A DNA stretch of 64,000 bases from an uncultured delta proteobacterium (lineage in GTDB: Bacteria > Desulfobacterota > Desulfomonilia > Desulfomonilales > Desulfomonilaceae), in assembly GCA_963789265.1 (NCBI GenBank), contig CAWBKB010000001.1, positions 32,001 through 96,000 on the forward strand. The letters run 5' to 3'. Numbering within the stretch: position 1 is the stretch's first letter; every line of letters starts with the position of its first letter. The notes under the pieces are model-generated. The model saw only the letters and a list, made by a program, of their open reading frames with translations. It was not told the origin of the DNA and ran no database searches. Positions 29,361 to 38,599 of the stretch are shown here, in pieces. A program made the translations under genes and the position numbers.

Positions 29361-31700
29361 TTGCCTGAGTACAGTCTCATCGGGAAAAGCATCCCCCGCG
29401 TTGACTCTCTGCCCAAGGTTACAGGCGAGGCGATTTTCACGGCGGACTTGAGCCTTCCCAAGATGCTAGTGGGTAAGATACTGCGCAGCCCTTATCCCCA
29501 TGCCCGAATCCTTGACGTTGACACGTCAAAGGCTCGGCAGCTTCGTGGGGTTCAGGCGGTGGTAACGGGCAAGGATACCGCAGGGGAAAAGTGGGGCGTA
29601 TTCAGGTACACGTGGGACCAGCAACTGCTCTGCGTAGACAAGGTCCGATACGTTGGAGACGAGGTCGCGGCCGTTGCCGCCGTTGATGAGGATACGGCCC
29701 TGGAGGCGCTCAGCCTTATCCAGGTCGATTACGAAGAATTGCCCGCAGTTTTTGACTGTCATTCCGCGTTAGCCCCGGACGCGGCTTTGCTTCACGACGA
29801 ATATGCGCATAACGTTAACGTCGCTGTTAACATTGATGTCGGTAACGTGGATGCGGCATTCAAAGGATGCGCATTGATTCGCGAGGACACCTTTGTAGCG
29901 GAAGAAGACTCGTACTTCATGATCGAACCTTACGCGGTGGTGGCAAGTTATCACGCAGACGGTTCGATTGAAGTCTGGATGCCGAACGCGTCTCCGCACA
30001 CCAAAGCCAAAGCATTATCGAATGCGCTACAATTGCCCCTTTCAAAGGTAAACGTTCGTAAGATCACAATCGGCGGTGCTTTTGGGGGTCGATCCGACGT
30101 TTTTCCTGCGGAATTCATTACCTGCCTCCTCAGCATAAAGGCTCAAAGGCCGGTCAAGCTAGTTTACTCCCGTGAAGAGAACTCCATTGCCACCCGCATG
30201 GGTCATGCAATGATTACCACAATAAAGACCGGCGTGGACAAAGCAGGTAAAGTTCTGGCAAGAGACATTGTTTCGTATCTGGATGGCGGGGCATATTCCA
30301 GTACCGGTCCCATCGCGACATCCGTCCCTTTCTTGTGCCACGAGCAGACGTACAGAATGGACAATGTCCGATTCCGAGGCTATCGCATCTATACGAACAA
30401 GCCGGTCAGAGGAATGATCCGTATTCACGGCAGATCGTTTGCATGCGGGATTGACACGCAATTGGACATGATTGCCGAGCAATTGGGGATCGACCCGGTG
30501 ACGATCCGGCTCCGTAATGCACGGCGACCGGGCGAAACGACTCCCACCGGTTCGTACGTGGCGAGCTGCGGTCTCGTGGAGTGCATAGAAAAGACAGCGG
30601 CCGAGAGCAAATTCATTGAGAAATTCCGCAATCCTGCTCCTAACCGCGGAATCGGCATGGGTCTGAATTCGGTGCAAACCGGATTCCCCTTGGGGATTCG
30701 CGGCGGTTCCCAGGCGTTCATAAAGTTTCATGAAGATGGTGGGGCCACTGTGATTTCAGGGGTCGTGGACAACGGTCAGGGAAACGACAACATGCTGGTT
30801 CAGATCGCTGCCGAGGAGCTTGGGCTTCCGCTTGAAGATATCCGGCTCATATCCGCGGACACGGAAGTCACCCCAACTGATGCAGGCTCGTATTCCATGA
30901 TTTCCACGTTTGGCGGAGGGAACACGGTAAAGACGGCAGCAGCAGATGCCAGGACTCAGCTCTTCGAGGTAGCCTCGGACATGCTCGAAGCCGATCCCGC
31001 GGATCTGGTGGCCAAGGACGGGAAAATATATGTCAAGGGCGCTCCAGGCACCGGTATTTCCATTGCCAAGGTCGTGCGCAGGGCGTTGATCATGGGCCGA
31101 CCGATAATGGGGCGAGGTGCATTTTCACCAAAGGTGGACCAGCGACGAGAGTGGATAACGAATCCTAAAGGTCAACTCTCGCAGGCGTTTTCGTTCGGTG
31201 CGACAGTTACAGAGGTTGAAGTGGACCCCGAAACAGGCCAGGTCAAGGCGCTTGAAGTTACGTGCGCTCAGGACTGCGGCTTCACGTTGAACCCTCTGGT
31301 GGTGGAAGGGCAGTTTGAGGGCGGAGTGGCAATGGGAGGCCAAGGCGGCATGCTCGCCGAGGAGCATCGCTGGAGCCAGGGGCACCTATTAAATCCCACA
31401 ATGCTCGAATACAAGATCCCAATAATAAAGGACATGCCCAATATCAAGCCGATCATCGTGGAATCCATAGATCCAAGTGGTCCGTACGGGGCCAAAGAAG
31501 CCGGCATGTCCATCGCAATGTCGGCAGCCCAGGCATACTGCAACGCTGTGAGTAAGGCCCTTGGGATCTATTTCAACCACTACCCTTTGACGCCCGAGCG
31601 AATCCTGGACGCAATCGAGAACAAGAAGCCCGGCATACATACAGCTTGGGAATTTGAGCCCGCCAGAGTAATCGAACGTGAGGGGTGCGGCCGGAAGTGA
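29361..31700 (+). CDS. Xanthine-dehydrogenase-family molybdopterin subunit (HcrA/CoxL-like)
   Basis: RSPYPHARI, IGGAFGG, GGAY, GQG, EVEVDPETG, GQFEGG, GPYGAKE; TTG start after GGAGG. Confidence 0.92.
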   Translation: MPEYSLIGKSIPRVDSLPKVTGEAIFTADLSLPKMLVGKILRSPYPHARILDVDTSKARQLRGVQAVVTGKDTAGEKWGVFRYTWDQQLLCVDKVRYVGDEVAAVAAVDEDTALEALSLIQVDYEELPAVFDCHSALAPDAALLHDEYAHNVNVAVNIDVGNVDAAFKGCALIREDTFVAEEDSYFMIEPYAVVASYHADGSIEVWMPNASPHTKAKALSNALQLPLSKVNVRKITIGGAFGGRSDVFPAEFITCLLSIKAQRPVKLVYSREENSIATRMGHAMITTIKTGVDKAGKVLARDIVSYLDGGAYSSTGPIATSVPFLCHEQTYRMDNVRFRGYRIYTNKPVRGMIRIHGRSFACGIDTQLDMIAEQLGIDPVTIRLRNARRPGETTPTGSYVASCGLVECIEKTAAESKFIEKFRNPAPNRGIGMGLNSVQTGFPLGIRGGSQAFIKFHEDGGATVISGVVDNGQGNDNMLVQIAAEELGLPLEDIRLISADTEVTPTDAGSYSMISTFGGGNTVKTAAADARTQLFEVASDMLEADPADLVAKDGKIYVKGAPGTGISIAKVVRRALIMGRPIMGRGAFSPKVDQRREWITNPKGQLSQAFSFGATVTEVEVDPETGQVKALEVTCAQDCGFTLNPLVVEGQFEGGVAMGGQGGMLAEEHRWSQGHLLNPTMLEYKIPIIKDMPNIKPIIVESIDPSGPYGAKEAGMSIAMSAAQAYCNAVSKALGIYFNHYPLTPERILDAIENKKPGIHTAWEFEPARVIEREGCGRK

Positions 31701-31794
31701 GCAAACCTACTGGTACCAGGCCAAACTTCCGCAGTACTAGCCTGCGTCTCTTCTGCCCGCACTAAGAGCAGGCCTTTCGCAGAGAGGATTCGCG

Positions 31795-32241
31795 GTGAAA
31801 GTAAAAGAAATCGATCACATTTGCTTCGCAGTCCACAGTGTGGACGAAGCCCGCAAGGTCTACGAAGGAATTATGGGACTGGAACCGGCGTGTGAGTATA
31901 TCGCTGAGGAGGAGTCCATACGAGTAATCCGGTACTATGTAGGAACAGTGGCAGTGGAGATCATGGAACCTACTGATTCAACGTGTGAAGTCGCCTCATT
32001 TCTGGAGCGCAAGGGTGAGGGCTGTTTTCTCATCTCGTACCGGGTTAACGACGTGGCCGGGGCCCTCGACGAAATTCAAGCCGCAGGACGTCAGACCATA
32101 GATAGGGAGCCGCGCCACCTTATGGGGAACCGGTACGCGTTTATCGATCCGCCTAAGGTGTTGCACGGGGTCCTCGTAGAGATATTGGACGGGGAATTCA
32201 TCAATCCCGCGTCCAGCGACGAGCCAGTGAACCGTCTCTGA
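31795..32241 (+). CDS. VOC family protein (epimerase/glyoxalase-like)
   Basis: IDHICFAV...VEIMEP...KGEG...HGVLVE. Confidence 0.85.
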   Translation: MKVKEIDHICFAVHSVDEARKVYEGIMGLEPACEYIAEEESIRVIRYYVGTVAVEIMEPTDSTCEVASFLERKGEGCFLISYRVNDVAGALDEIQAAGRQTIDREPRHLMGNRYAFIDPPKVLHGVLVEILDGEFINPASSDEPVNRL

Positions 32242-32557
32242 ACCCTAGCACTTCTTCGAAGTGAATTTACCGGTGTCAGCAGATTGTCCTTCAGATTTTC
32301 TCGCAAAAGATCCAGGCCAACTCGTCGATCGCCTTTGCCAGGCCCTGAACTGGGTTGTTGATCGAAAAACCGGAAATAAGAAAACCTGCACCATTCGGAC
32401 ATAATTATAGACACTAGCTATAAAAGACCCGACAGGTGCATGAAGTGCAGAGAAATCCGCTAAGACCCATCTGTGCTACCGTGCGGAAAGAATCGTCTAA
32501 AATTGCGCGACTTTTCCGGATGGATTTGATAAGAGCCTCCCATGATTTTTGGGAGGT

Positions 32558-32869
32558 ATGGAGATGCCCCGGATCGCGCTTAGACTTTCTGCTGACGAAT
32601 TGCAGGATGTCAGGAAGCTTCGAGCGATCCTCGAAAAGGCAGGGAAGCACAGCCTAGACCTGAGATTACGGGCTGTTCTGCTCGTCTCGCAAGGGACTCC
32701 CATCAAGCAGACCGCAGGGATGTGCGGGGTAGGCACAACTGCCGTCAGAAGATGGTTCACCACTTGTCGGGAAAAAGGTCTATGGACGCTGATCTCCTTG
32801 AAACCGTACCACGACAAAAAGCCAGGGTGGTTTCTGACAACGGGAAGCACGAACTCAATGCTCGCATGA
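32558..32869 (+). mobile_element. IS630-type transposase N-terminal HTH fragment
   Basis: RLRAVLLVSQG...A..CGVG..AVRRW...KGL pattern; no DDE domain follows. Confidence 0.6.
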
Positions 32870-33255
32870 GAGGTATTCCTGGAGGCAGCAGTCAGGGTCG
32901 GGATGTGCGAACACTATCCATCTCAGATCCGGGACATTCTGCACGGGCTGAGATTCTTTGTCCAGTGTCCTGTGCGGCACGGTGATCGAGTGAGGCGAGA
33001 AGACCGAATCATCAAGTGATTGCGAGAATCTCTAACAAATTTTGACGGCTGCTCATGAAAAGCGTAGTCACTATTGACTTGCGAATGCGGAACCAAGTGG
33101 GGTGAGAAACAATGATCCCAGGATGAGATGAGAAACAAGGGCAATTGCCCCCGTTTTCCTGAACAATAGGCTTTCAAAAGGATCAGTATGCCGCCATATG
33201 CCGCGATATCACACCGGCTTTTGCGTAACCTATTGAATTGATTAGCTCAGGAAAG

Positions 33256-33302
33256 GCCTGTCACGCCGGAGGTCGCGAGTTCGAGTCTCGTCGCTCCCGC
33301 CA
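33256..33302 (+). tRNA. tRNA-Asp(GTC) 3' fragment, att-like, not a complete tRNA
   Basis: GCCTGTCACGCCGGAGGTCGCGAGTTCGAGTCTCGTCGCTCCCGCCA: anticodon loop, T arm, 3' acceptor strand and CCA; 5' acceptor strand missing. Confidence 0.9.
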
Positions 33303-33317
33303 TTAAAAGACCGTAAT

Positions 33318-33356
33318 ATCGGGGCGTTGACGTTAGGAGTCAGCTCCCCGATTTTT
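33318..33356 (+). terminator. Rho-independent terminator-like hairpin
   Basis: ATCGGGGCGTTGAC / GTCAGCTCCCCGAT imperfect stem followed by a T run. Confidence 0.6.
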
Positions 33357-33666
33357 ATGTACCGGCAAATTTGCGCCGTTTTTTTGATTTCTTTGGAAAA
33401 GGAACTTACAGGGATGATCAGGAACGTGATGAAGGTCGGAGCGCAAGTCGTGTTTTATGGTCGGCGATGCAAACTTTATGCGGTTTAAGCGTTCCTCAGG
33501 TCCCCCCGGTACTGCCAGCTGTTTTCCGGTAAGGACGGCAAGGACATTTGTTGACAGAGAGGCAGACAGTCAGGTACGCTTGAAAAACAGGCAGAATCAG
33601 GTTTTTTCAGCACCGTTAAGACGGTTTTGCCTCCGTCAGGTCTTGTGGTGGAGGACTGAATCTAAC

Positions 33667-34215
33667 ATGATAGGAGTACAATTGGATCAATTTGGCATGA
33701 GTTCTAATGCATTGAATCTGCCGAAGGTGGGTCAGATCGGGATTCTCGTGTACGATGTTGAAAAGACCAGATCGCACTACGAAAAGGTCTATAGTATTAA
33801 GCCGTGGATTGTTTTTGAAAAAAAACCTGAATTCGCCATTGAAAGAACCGGGCCCGTGGATGCAACTCTCAAGATTGCAACGGCTTATTGTGGAGGTGTG
33901 CAGTTGGAGCTGATCCAGGTGGTGAGCGGCAGGAGCTACTACAACGAAACGCTTGACGTCCGTGAAGGGCTGCATCATCTCGGCTTCATGGTGAATGACC
34001 TTGAGAAGCGGCTCGAAATATGTAGGGCCAATGGAATAGGAGTGCTTCAGCGCGGACAGATAAAACTGAAACTGGTCACCGTGGATTACGCCTACCTCGA
34101 CACAGCGACCCAGGGGGGAATCATTTTTGAACTCATCCAGACGCGCATCGGTTCCATAAAGATGAAGATGAACTGGCTCAACCACCGGATCTCAGCTTGG
34201 ACAGGGATTCAATAG
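33667..34215 (+). CDS. VOC family protein
   Basis: QIGILV...QLELIQ...EGLHHLGF...YAYLDT...IFELI; GGAGG before ATG 33667. Confidence 0.85.
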   Translation: MIGVQLDQFGMSSNALNLPKVGQIGILVYDVEKTRSHYEKVYSIKPWIVFEKKPEFAIERTGPVDATLKIATAYCGGVQLELIQVVSGRSYYNETLDVREGLHHLGFMVNDLEKRLEICRANGIGVLQRGQIKLKLVTVDYAYLDTATQGGIIFELIQTRIGSIKMKMNWLNHRISAWTGIQ

Positions 34216-34571
34216 AACCCATGCTCGATTCCGACAGTATCGCGGCAAGAAAGCCTTTTTCATAGGAGTTCCGGGTACACCATACCTAATTTTTGTAATG
34301 ACATCCGGGAGTGTTGGTGCCCCATGTCCGAAGCCTCCGATCACTTTTGTCCCCAAATTTCTACTCTTCCCATGATCGAAGATCAGCCGATCAATCTCCC
34401 GCACGAGATCCGCATCAGTGATCGTAAGATGCACGCTCCTGACGTCCTTCTTCGAGTCGGTACCTTCTTCGATACCCACTAACCCAAAAATCTACATACA
34501 ATTCTGAGGGGTTGGGATATGATATGATGTGCCTGATGATTGCACGGCACAGAAGATCACAGGAGGGAACG

Positions 34572-35069
34572 ATGCTGTCGGTGGTTTTTTTATCAGCGTC
34601 TCTTGTGGGTTTTGCCCTACACCTGGGGTTGAGCAGGCAACCTCGGACAAGAGCCAGGATCGTCGAACTTTTACTCTTGTACCTGCTCGTGATAAACATC
34701 GGCCTCGGCGGTCTCCTGGCTTGGTTCGGACACACATTCACGGGAGATGAAATCGCTCGCGAGATAGGTTGGCAGCCGGGAAGTCCATTTCAATTCGAAG
34801 TAGCTGTAGCAGACCTTAGCTGGGGCGTATGCGGAGTGCTTTGTATTTGGCTAAGACAGCACTTTTGGACGGCCACGGGTATCGGAAGCTCTGTTTTTCT
34901 TTTGGGATGCGCTTTTGGCCACATCAGACAGATAATCCAAGAGGGGAATATGGCGATCTACAATGCAGGGCCTGTGCTATGGATCGGTGATCCGGGCGTT
35001 CCCATTACCATCTTGATTTTGCTCGTAATGCGGTCCCGACTTCAGAAAAGAGCCAGCCTAATTTCGTAG
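34572..35069 (+). CDS. Membrane protein (DUF6790-like)
   Basis: IGWQPGSPFQFEVA, GHIRQ..GN...NAG motifs; AGGAGG RBS. Confidence 0.7.
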   Translation: MLSVVFLSASLVGFALHLGLSRQPRTRARIVELLLLYLLVINIGLGGLLAWFGHTFTGDEIAREIGWQPGSPFQFEVAVADLSWGVCGVLCIWLRQHFWTATGIGSSVFLLGCAFGHIRQIIQEGNMAIYNAGPVLWIGDPGVPITILILLVMRSRLQKRASLIS

Positions 35070-35170
35070 ACAAGGGTCCTCCTCTTGACCTTGAGATGGT
35101 CTATCCCTCAAGGATTACCCTCTTGGACCCTTAAATACGAGCGGTTCGGCTTGGTTTATAAGCCGAAAAG

Positions 35171-35945
35171 GTGCAGAACATGGCAGCATTGAAATCGGCG
35201 TGGCTTGCGTGCATCCTCGCCCTGGCTCTGCTCGCGGGCTGGGGTGGGAACAACGGCGCCCTCTCCAGCGCGGAACTGGCCGACAAGCAGGCGACGCAAC
35301 CGCCGGCGAAACCAGCGGCCTTCTTTATCGGTCTGGAAAAGGCTCGGCAGATCGAGAAAGAGAATTCTCTTCCGCTTTCCAGGTTCTACGACACACCCGA
35401 TCTTCCCAAGGGAAAACCAGGTGACTTGATCCGCACCGAGGAGTGTTCGGACTATCGGTTCCCGGCTGAGCTGGCACTCGAGCCCAGTGAGATTGGGATA
35501 AAGGTCGTGCGGTTTCTTTACCTCTCGAAGTGTGCGACTGGGCAGCAGGTGCCCGCGTCGGGTGTGATTGTCATTCCCTACGGGGAACCACCTCCGGGCG
35601 GCTGGCTGGTCACCCTCGCCACCTTCGCGGAGAAAATCCCGGCCGGCAGGGTGCTGAAGCCCGATTGGGCCAACAATCGACATTTCCAGAAGTTTCGCGA
35701 GCTCAGCGTGCTGGGTGAAAGACCCACTCACGGGCCGATCTTGTTGCTCCAGGGCGAGGCGGACCAGTCCATCCCGCCCCGCCCCACGGATGCTCTCTAC
35801 GAGCGAATGAAGCGACAGAAATCGCAGGTCGAGTACCGGAAGTACCCTGGCCTCGACCATGTTCCCCTGGTGTTTGGCTCCTTCCGCGACCAAGTCCGCT
35901 GGGTGCAGGACCGATTCGCCGCTAGGCCGGTGTCCAACAACGCTG
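35171..35945 (+). pseudogene. Internally deleted secretory lipase (LIP/alpha-beta hydrolase) remnant
   Basis: N-terminal FY..P...PGDLIR...SGVIVIP...PPGGW joined to C-terminal QGEAD...YPGLDH; no GxSxG nucleophile segment. Confidence 0.65.
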
Positions 35946-36093
35946 TCACCCCCCATGGCATTGCGTTTGCGGCACTGATCAGGAACACGGGGTCTCAGCA
36001 CACGACGCAGTTCAAATTTGGCGGCCTTATCATTCCAAATTTGGCGGCCTGTTCCAAACTGAGTGAGAACCGGGACCTGAGAGGAGAAGGCAA

Positions 36094-37119
36094 ATGAAAG
36101 AATTGGGTGTGGGAATCATAGGAACTGGCTGGGTCTCTGATGAATACGTCCGCTCTTTTCAGATGAACCCTCATACAAGGGTAATGGCTATTTGCAGCCG
36201 GGACAAAGAGGAGGCTAAAGCCAAGGCGGTCCAGCACGATCTGGTAAATTGCGCTCCTGTCACCACGCCAGAGGAAATGATGAAACTTCCCGGTCTTGAT
36301 ATCGTCTGCATCAACACCCCGAACTTTCTTCACGCCGAACAAACAATCATGGCCGCCGAACACGGAAAGCACATTGTCGTTGAGAAGCCCATAGCCATAG
36401 ACTGGCAGGATATGAAACTCATGAAAGACGCAGTTGACAAAGCAGGGGTCGTAACCATCGTAGGATTCGTCTTGCGATGGAATCCTCTCTTCATGACAAT
36501 TAAGCAGATGCTAAGCGATGGCGTGCTCGGCAAGGTGAACTATGCCGAAGTGGACTACCTGCATGCGATCACCCCGGCTTATAAGTGCTATCCGTGGTCA
36601 GTAAAGAAGGAGACAGGAGGGTCGATTCTGCAAGTTGGGGGCTGCCACGCAGTGGACGGCCTTCGTTGGTTCGTGAACGATGAGGCTACAGAGGTCCTCG
36701 CCGTCTCAGGTAGGTTCCGATCAGATTTTGAACAGGACACGACGATTACTCTGTTGGTGAGATTCAGAAGCGGTTCGATTGGAAAGGTGTGCTGTTCATA
36801 TGATGTGGCGTGTCCGTACATTTACAATGTCGAACTCTTTGGGAGCAAGGGAACAGTGATCAATAACCGGGTATGGGCTCAGCAGAGCTTTCCGGGACAG
36901 GAAGACTGGATTACAATCCCGACCACAACACCGGATTCAGGAGACGTAGCGCACCATCCTTTCCCCAATCAGGTCGACCATTTCGTGGACTGCATTCTTG
37001 GTCAACGGAAGACCATTGTGGATCTGGACGATGCCACCAAAACCTTCGAGATCATCGAAGCCGCCGACCGGAGCGCCGTCTCCGGAGGACAGCCGGTGAA
37101 GCTCCCCCTGGGTTGGTGA
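36094..37119 (+). CDS. Gfo/Idh/MocA family NAD(P)-dependent oxidoreductase
   Basis: GIIGTG, TPNFLH, VEKP, GCHAVD. Confidence 0.92.
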   Translation: MKELGVGIIGTGWVSDEYVRSFQMNPHTRVMAICSRDKEEAKAKAVQHDLVNCAPVTTPEEMMKLPGLDIVCINTPNFLHAEQTIMAAEHGKHIVVEKPIAIDWQDMKLMKDAVDKAGVVTIVGFVLRWNPLFMTIKQMLSDGVLGKVNYAEVDYLHAITPAYKCYPWSVKKETGGSILQVGGCHAVDGLRWFVNDEATEVLAVSGRFRSDFEQDTTITLLVRFRSGSIGKVCCSYDVACPYIYNVELFGSKGTVINNRVWAQQSFPGQEDWITIPTTTPDSGDVAHHPFPNQVDHFVDCILGQRKTIVDLDDATKTFEIIEAADRSAVSGGQPVKLPLGW

Positions 37120-37620
37120 AAACCAACTAACCCCTTGCCTTAAAGCGCCCATGTGAGGAGCCAAGTCGTAAGGTAAAGCCGGAAACTCTGGCCACATGAA
37201 AATTGAGTCTTTGACCGTGGACCAAATCTCAATTTCAAGACAGGTCACACAGAAAATGGATCTGACTCTGCAAGAATATTGAGCAAATCCATGCTCATAA
37301 AGACATGATGCTCCTGTTTTGACTGTCCTGCATTTTGCGGTCGATGATTTCTCCCGTGGCTACAATCAAGACTACTGCAGAAAACTAAATGATTACTGTG
37401 GGCATTTCTCCTAAATCCGGCATTATGCAGGGCAGTGTAGTGTAGTTTTGGTCTGCTGCGGCAAAACGGTCTGATGTCACCGTAGACCGTGGAAGTGATC
37501 AAAATCCCAGGGCTCCCAAAGGGCTCCCAAAGTACATAATGTGGCGTTATTTAAGCTTGTAGCTAACGTGAATTGACGTGTGATATCAGCTAATGCTGGA
37601 CATTATTGCCTGGACCTTCC

Positions 37621-37667
37621 GCCTGTCACGCCGGAGGTCGCGAGTTCGAGTCTCGTCGCTGCCGCCA
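37621..37667 (+). tRNA. Second tRNA-Asp(GTC) 3' fragment, att-like
   Basis: 46/47 identical to 33256-33302 (C>G at 37661). Confidence 0.9.
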
Positions 37668-38599
37668 CAACACGCCAAAAAACACAGGAGATTTCAGGCC
37701 AGGTAATTTCCTGGTGTTAAGGGCAAAATCATTTTGCCCTTGTTGCAATTTTCAATGGGTTAATTTGAGCGATCCTTGAGGGCTTCCCCCTCCCAAGGAT
37801 TTCTATTTTGTGGGTGGGAATCCATATCGCTGTCTCCTATAATGGAAGGAAGTCAGATCGATCGCTAGCGGTTCCCAGTCCTTGGATGCAAACGATTAAT
37901 ACCATCTACATGGGATATGCTGCTCGGTGCCGAAGGGTGGCATGGAATACGCCAGTTGCTCGAGAGTAGGGCAGCCCATGCCACGCGGTGCAATTCCGAA
38001 TAATTGGCCAACGGGAAACAAAACCTTTCGACGCCGTCTCTCGGACGATGCACTCAAAGATGCATACGAGAAACTGAGGGCCCGGCCATGGGGCGTAGGG
38101 AGACGAAAATTCTCTTTGATTTCGTATCCCGAGCCTTGCGCCGCCCTGGACCATCTTTAAAGAATATCATGGAATGCCGCAGGGGCGTCACCAGAAACAA
38201 GACTGACTTCAATCCTTGGTTCAGGTGTCTTTCACTTGTCGTGAATAGTGAACTGTTGGTTCTGAGGCGCAAGTCGGATCCCACCGTTAACCTGAGACCC
38301 GAGGATAGGAACAATAACCGGTGGTTTAAGATAGAAACCGATCACATTTCCATTGCCATTCCTCAGTCTGGAGGGCAAAATTCAGGCCTTTTCGCGAGGG
38401 CACTTTCAGAAGTGCCGGGGAAAAGCCATTCATTCCCGCGCAGCATAATGACACCCGTTAAGATAAGGACGACGCTAAAAATGCCATCATTGCGACAACG
38501 CACAAGCGGATAGAAGAGAAGTCTTTGAAGGACATGTCATTCTGGTTGAGACTTAAGGATTTATCACGTTAGGTCGTCTCTTGGCTGAAAGTTCCCATT

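Noticed and set aside
33243..33302. Complete tRNA-Asp gene (TAGCTCAG looks like a D-arm start)
   Set aside because: No 5' acceptor strand complementary to CGCTCCC, and the D arm and 5' anticodon stem are incomplete, so it cannot fold as a cloverleaf
34192..34479. Minus-strand ORF with a cytochrome c-like tail (IRYGVPGTPM)
   Set aside because: No CxxCH motif or credible start; at most a fragment
37865..38513. Short overlapping ORFs after the second att scar
   Set aside because: No family motifs I can identify; possibly decayed DNA but not supportable
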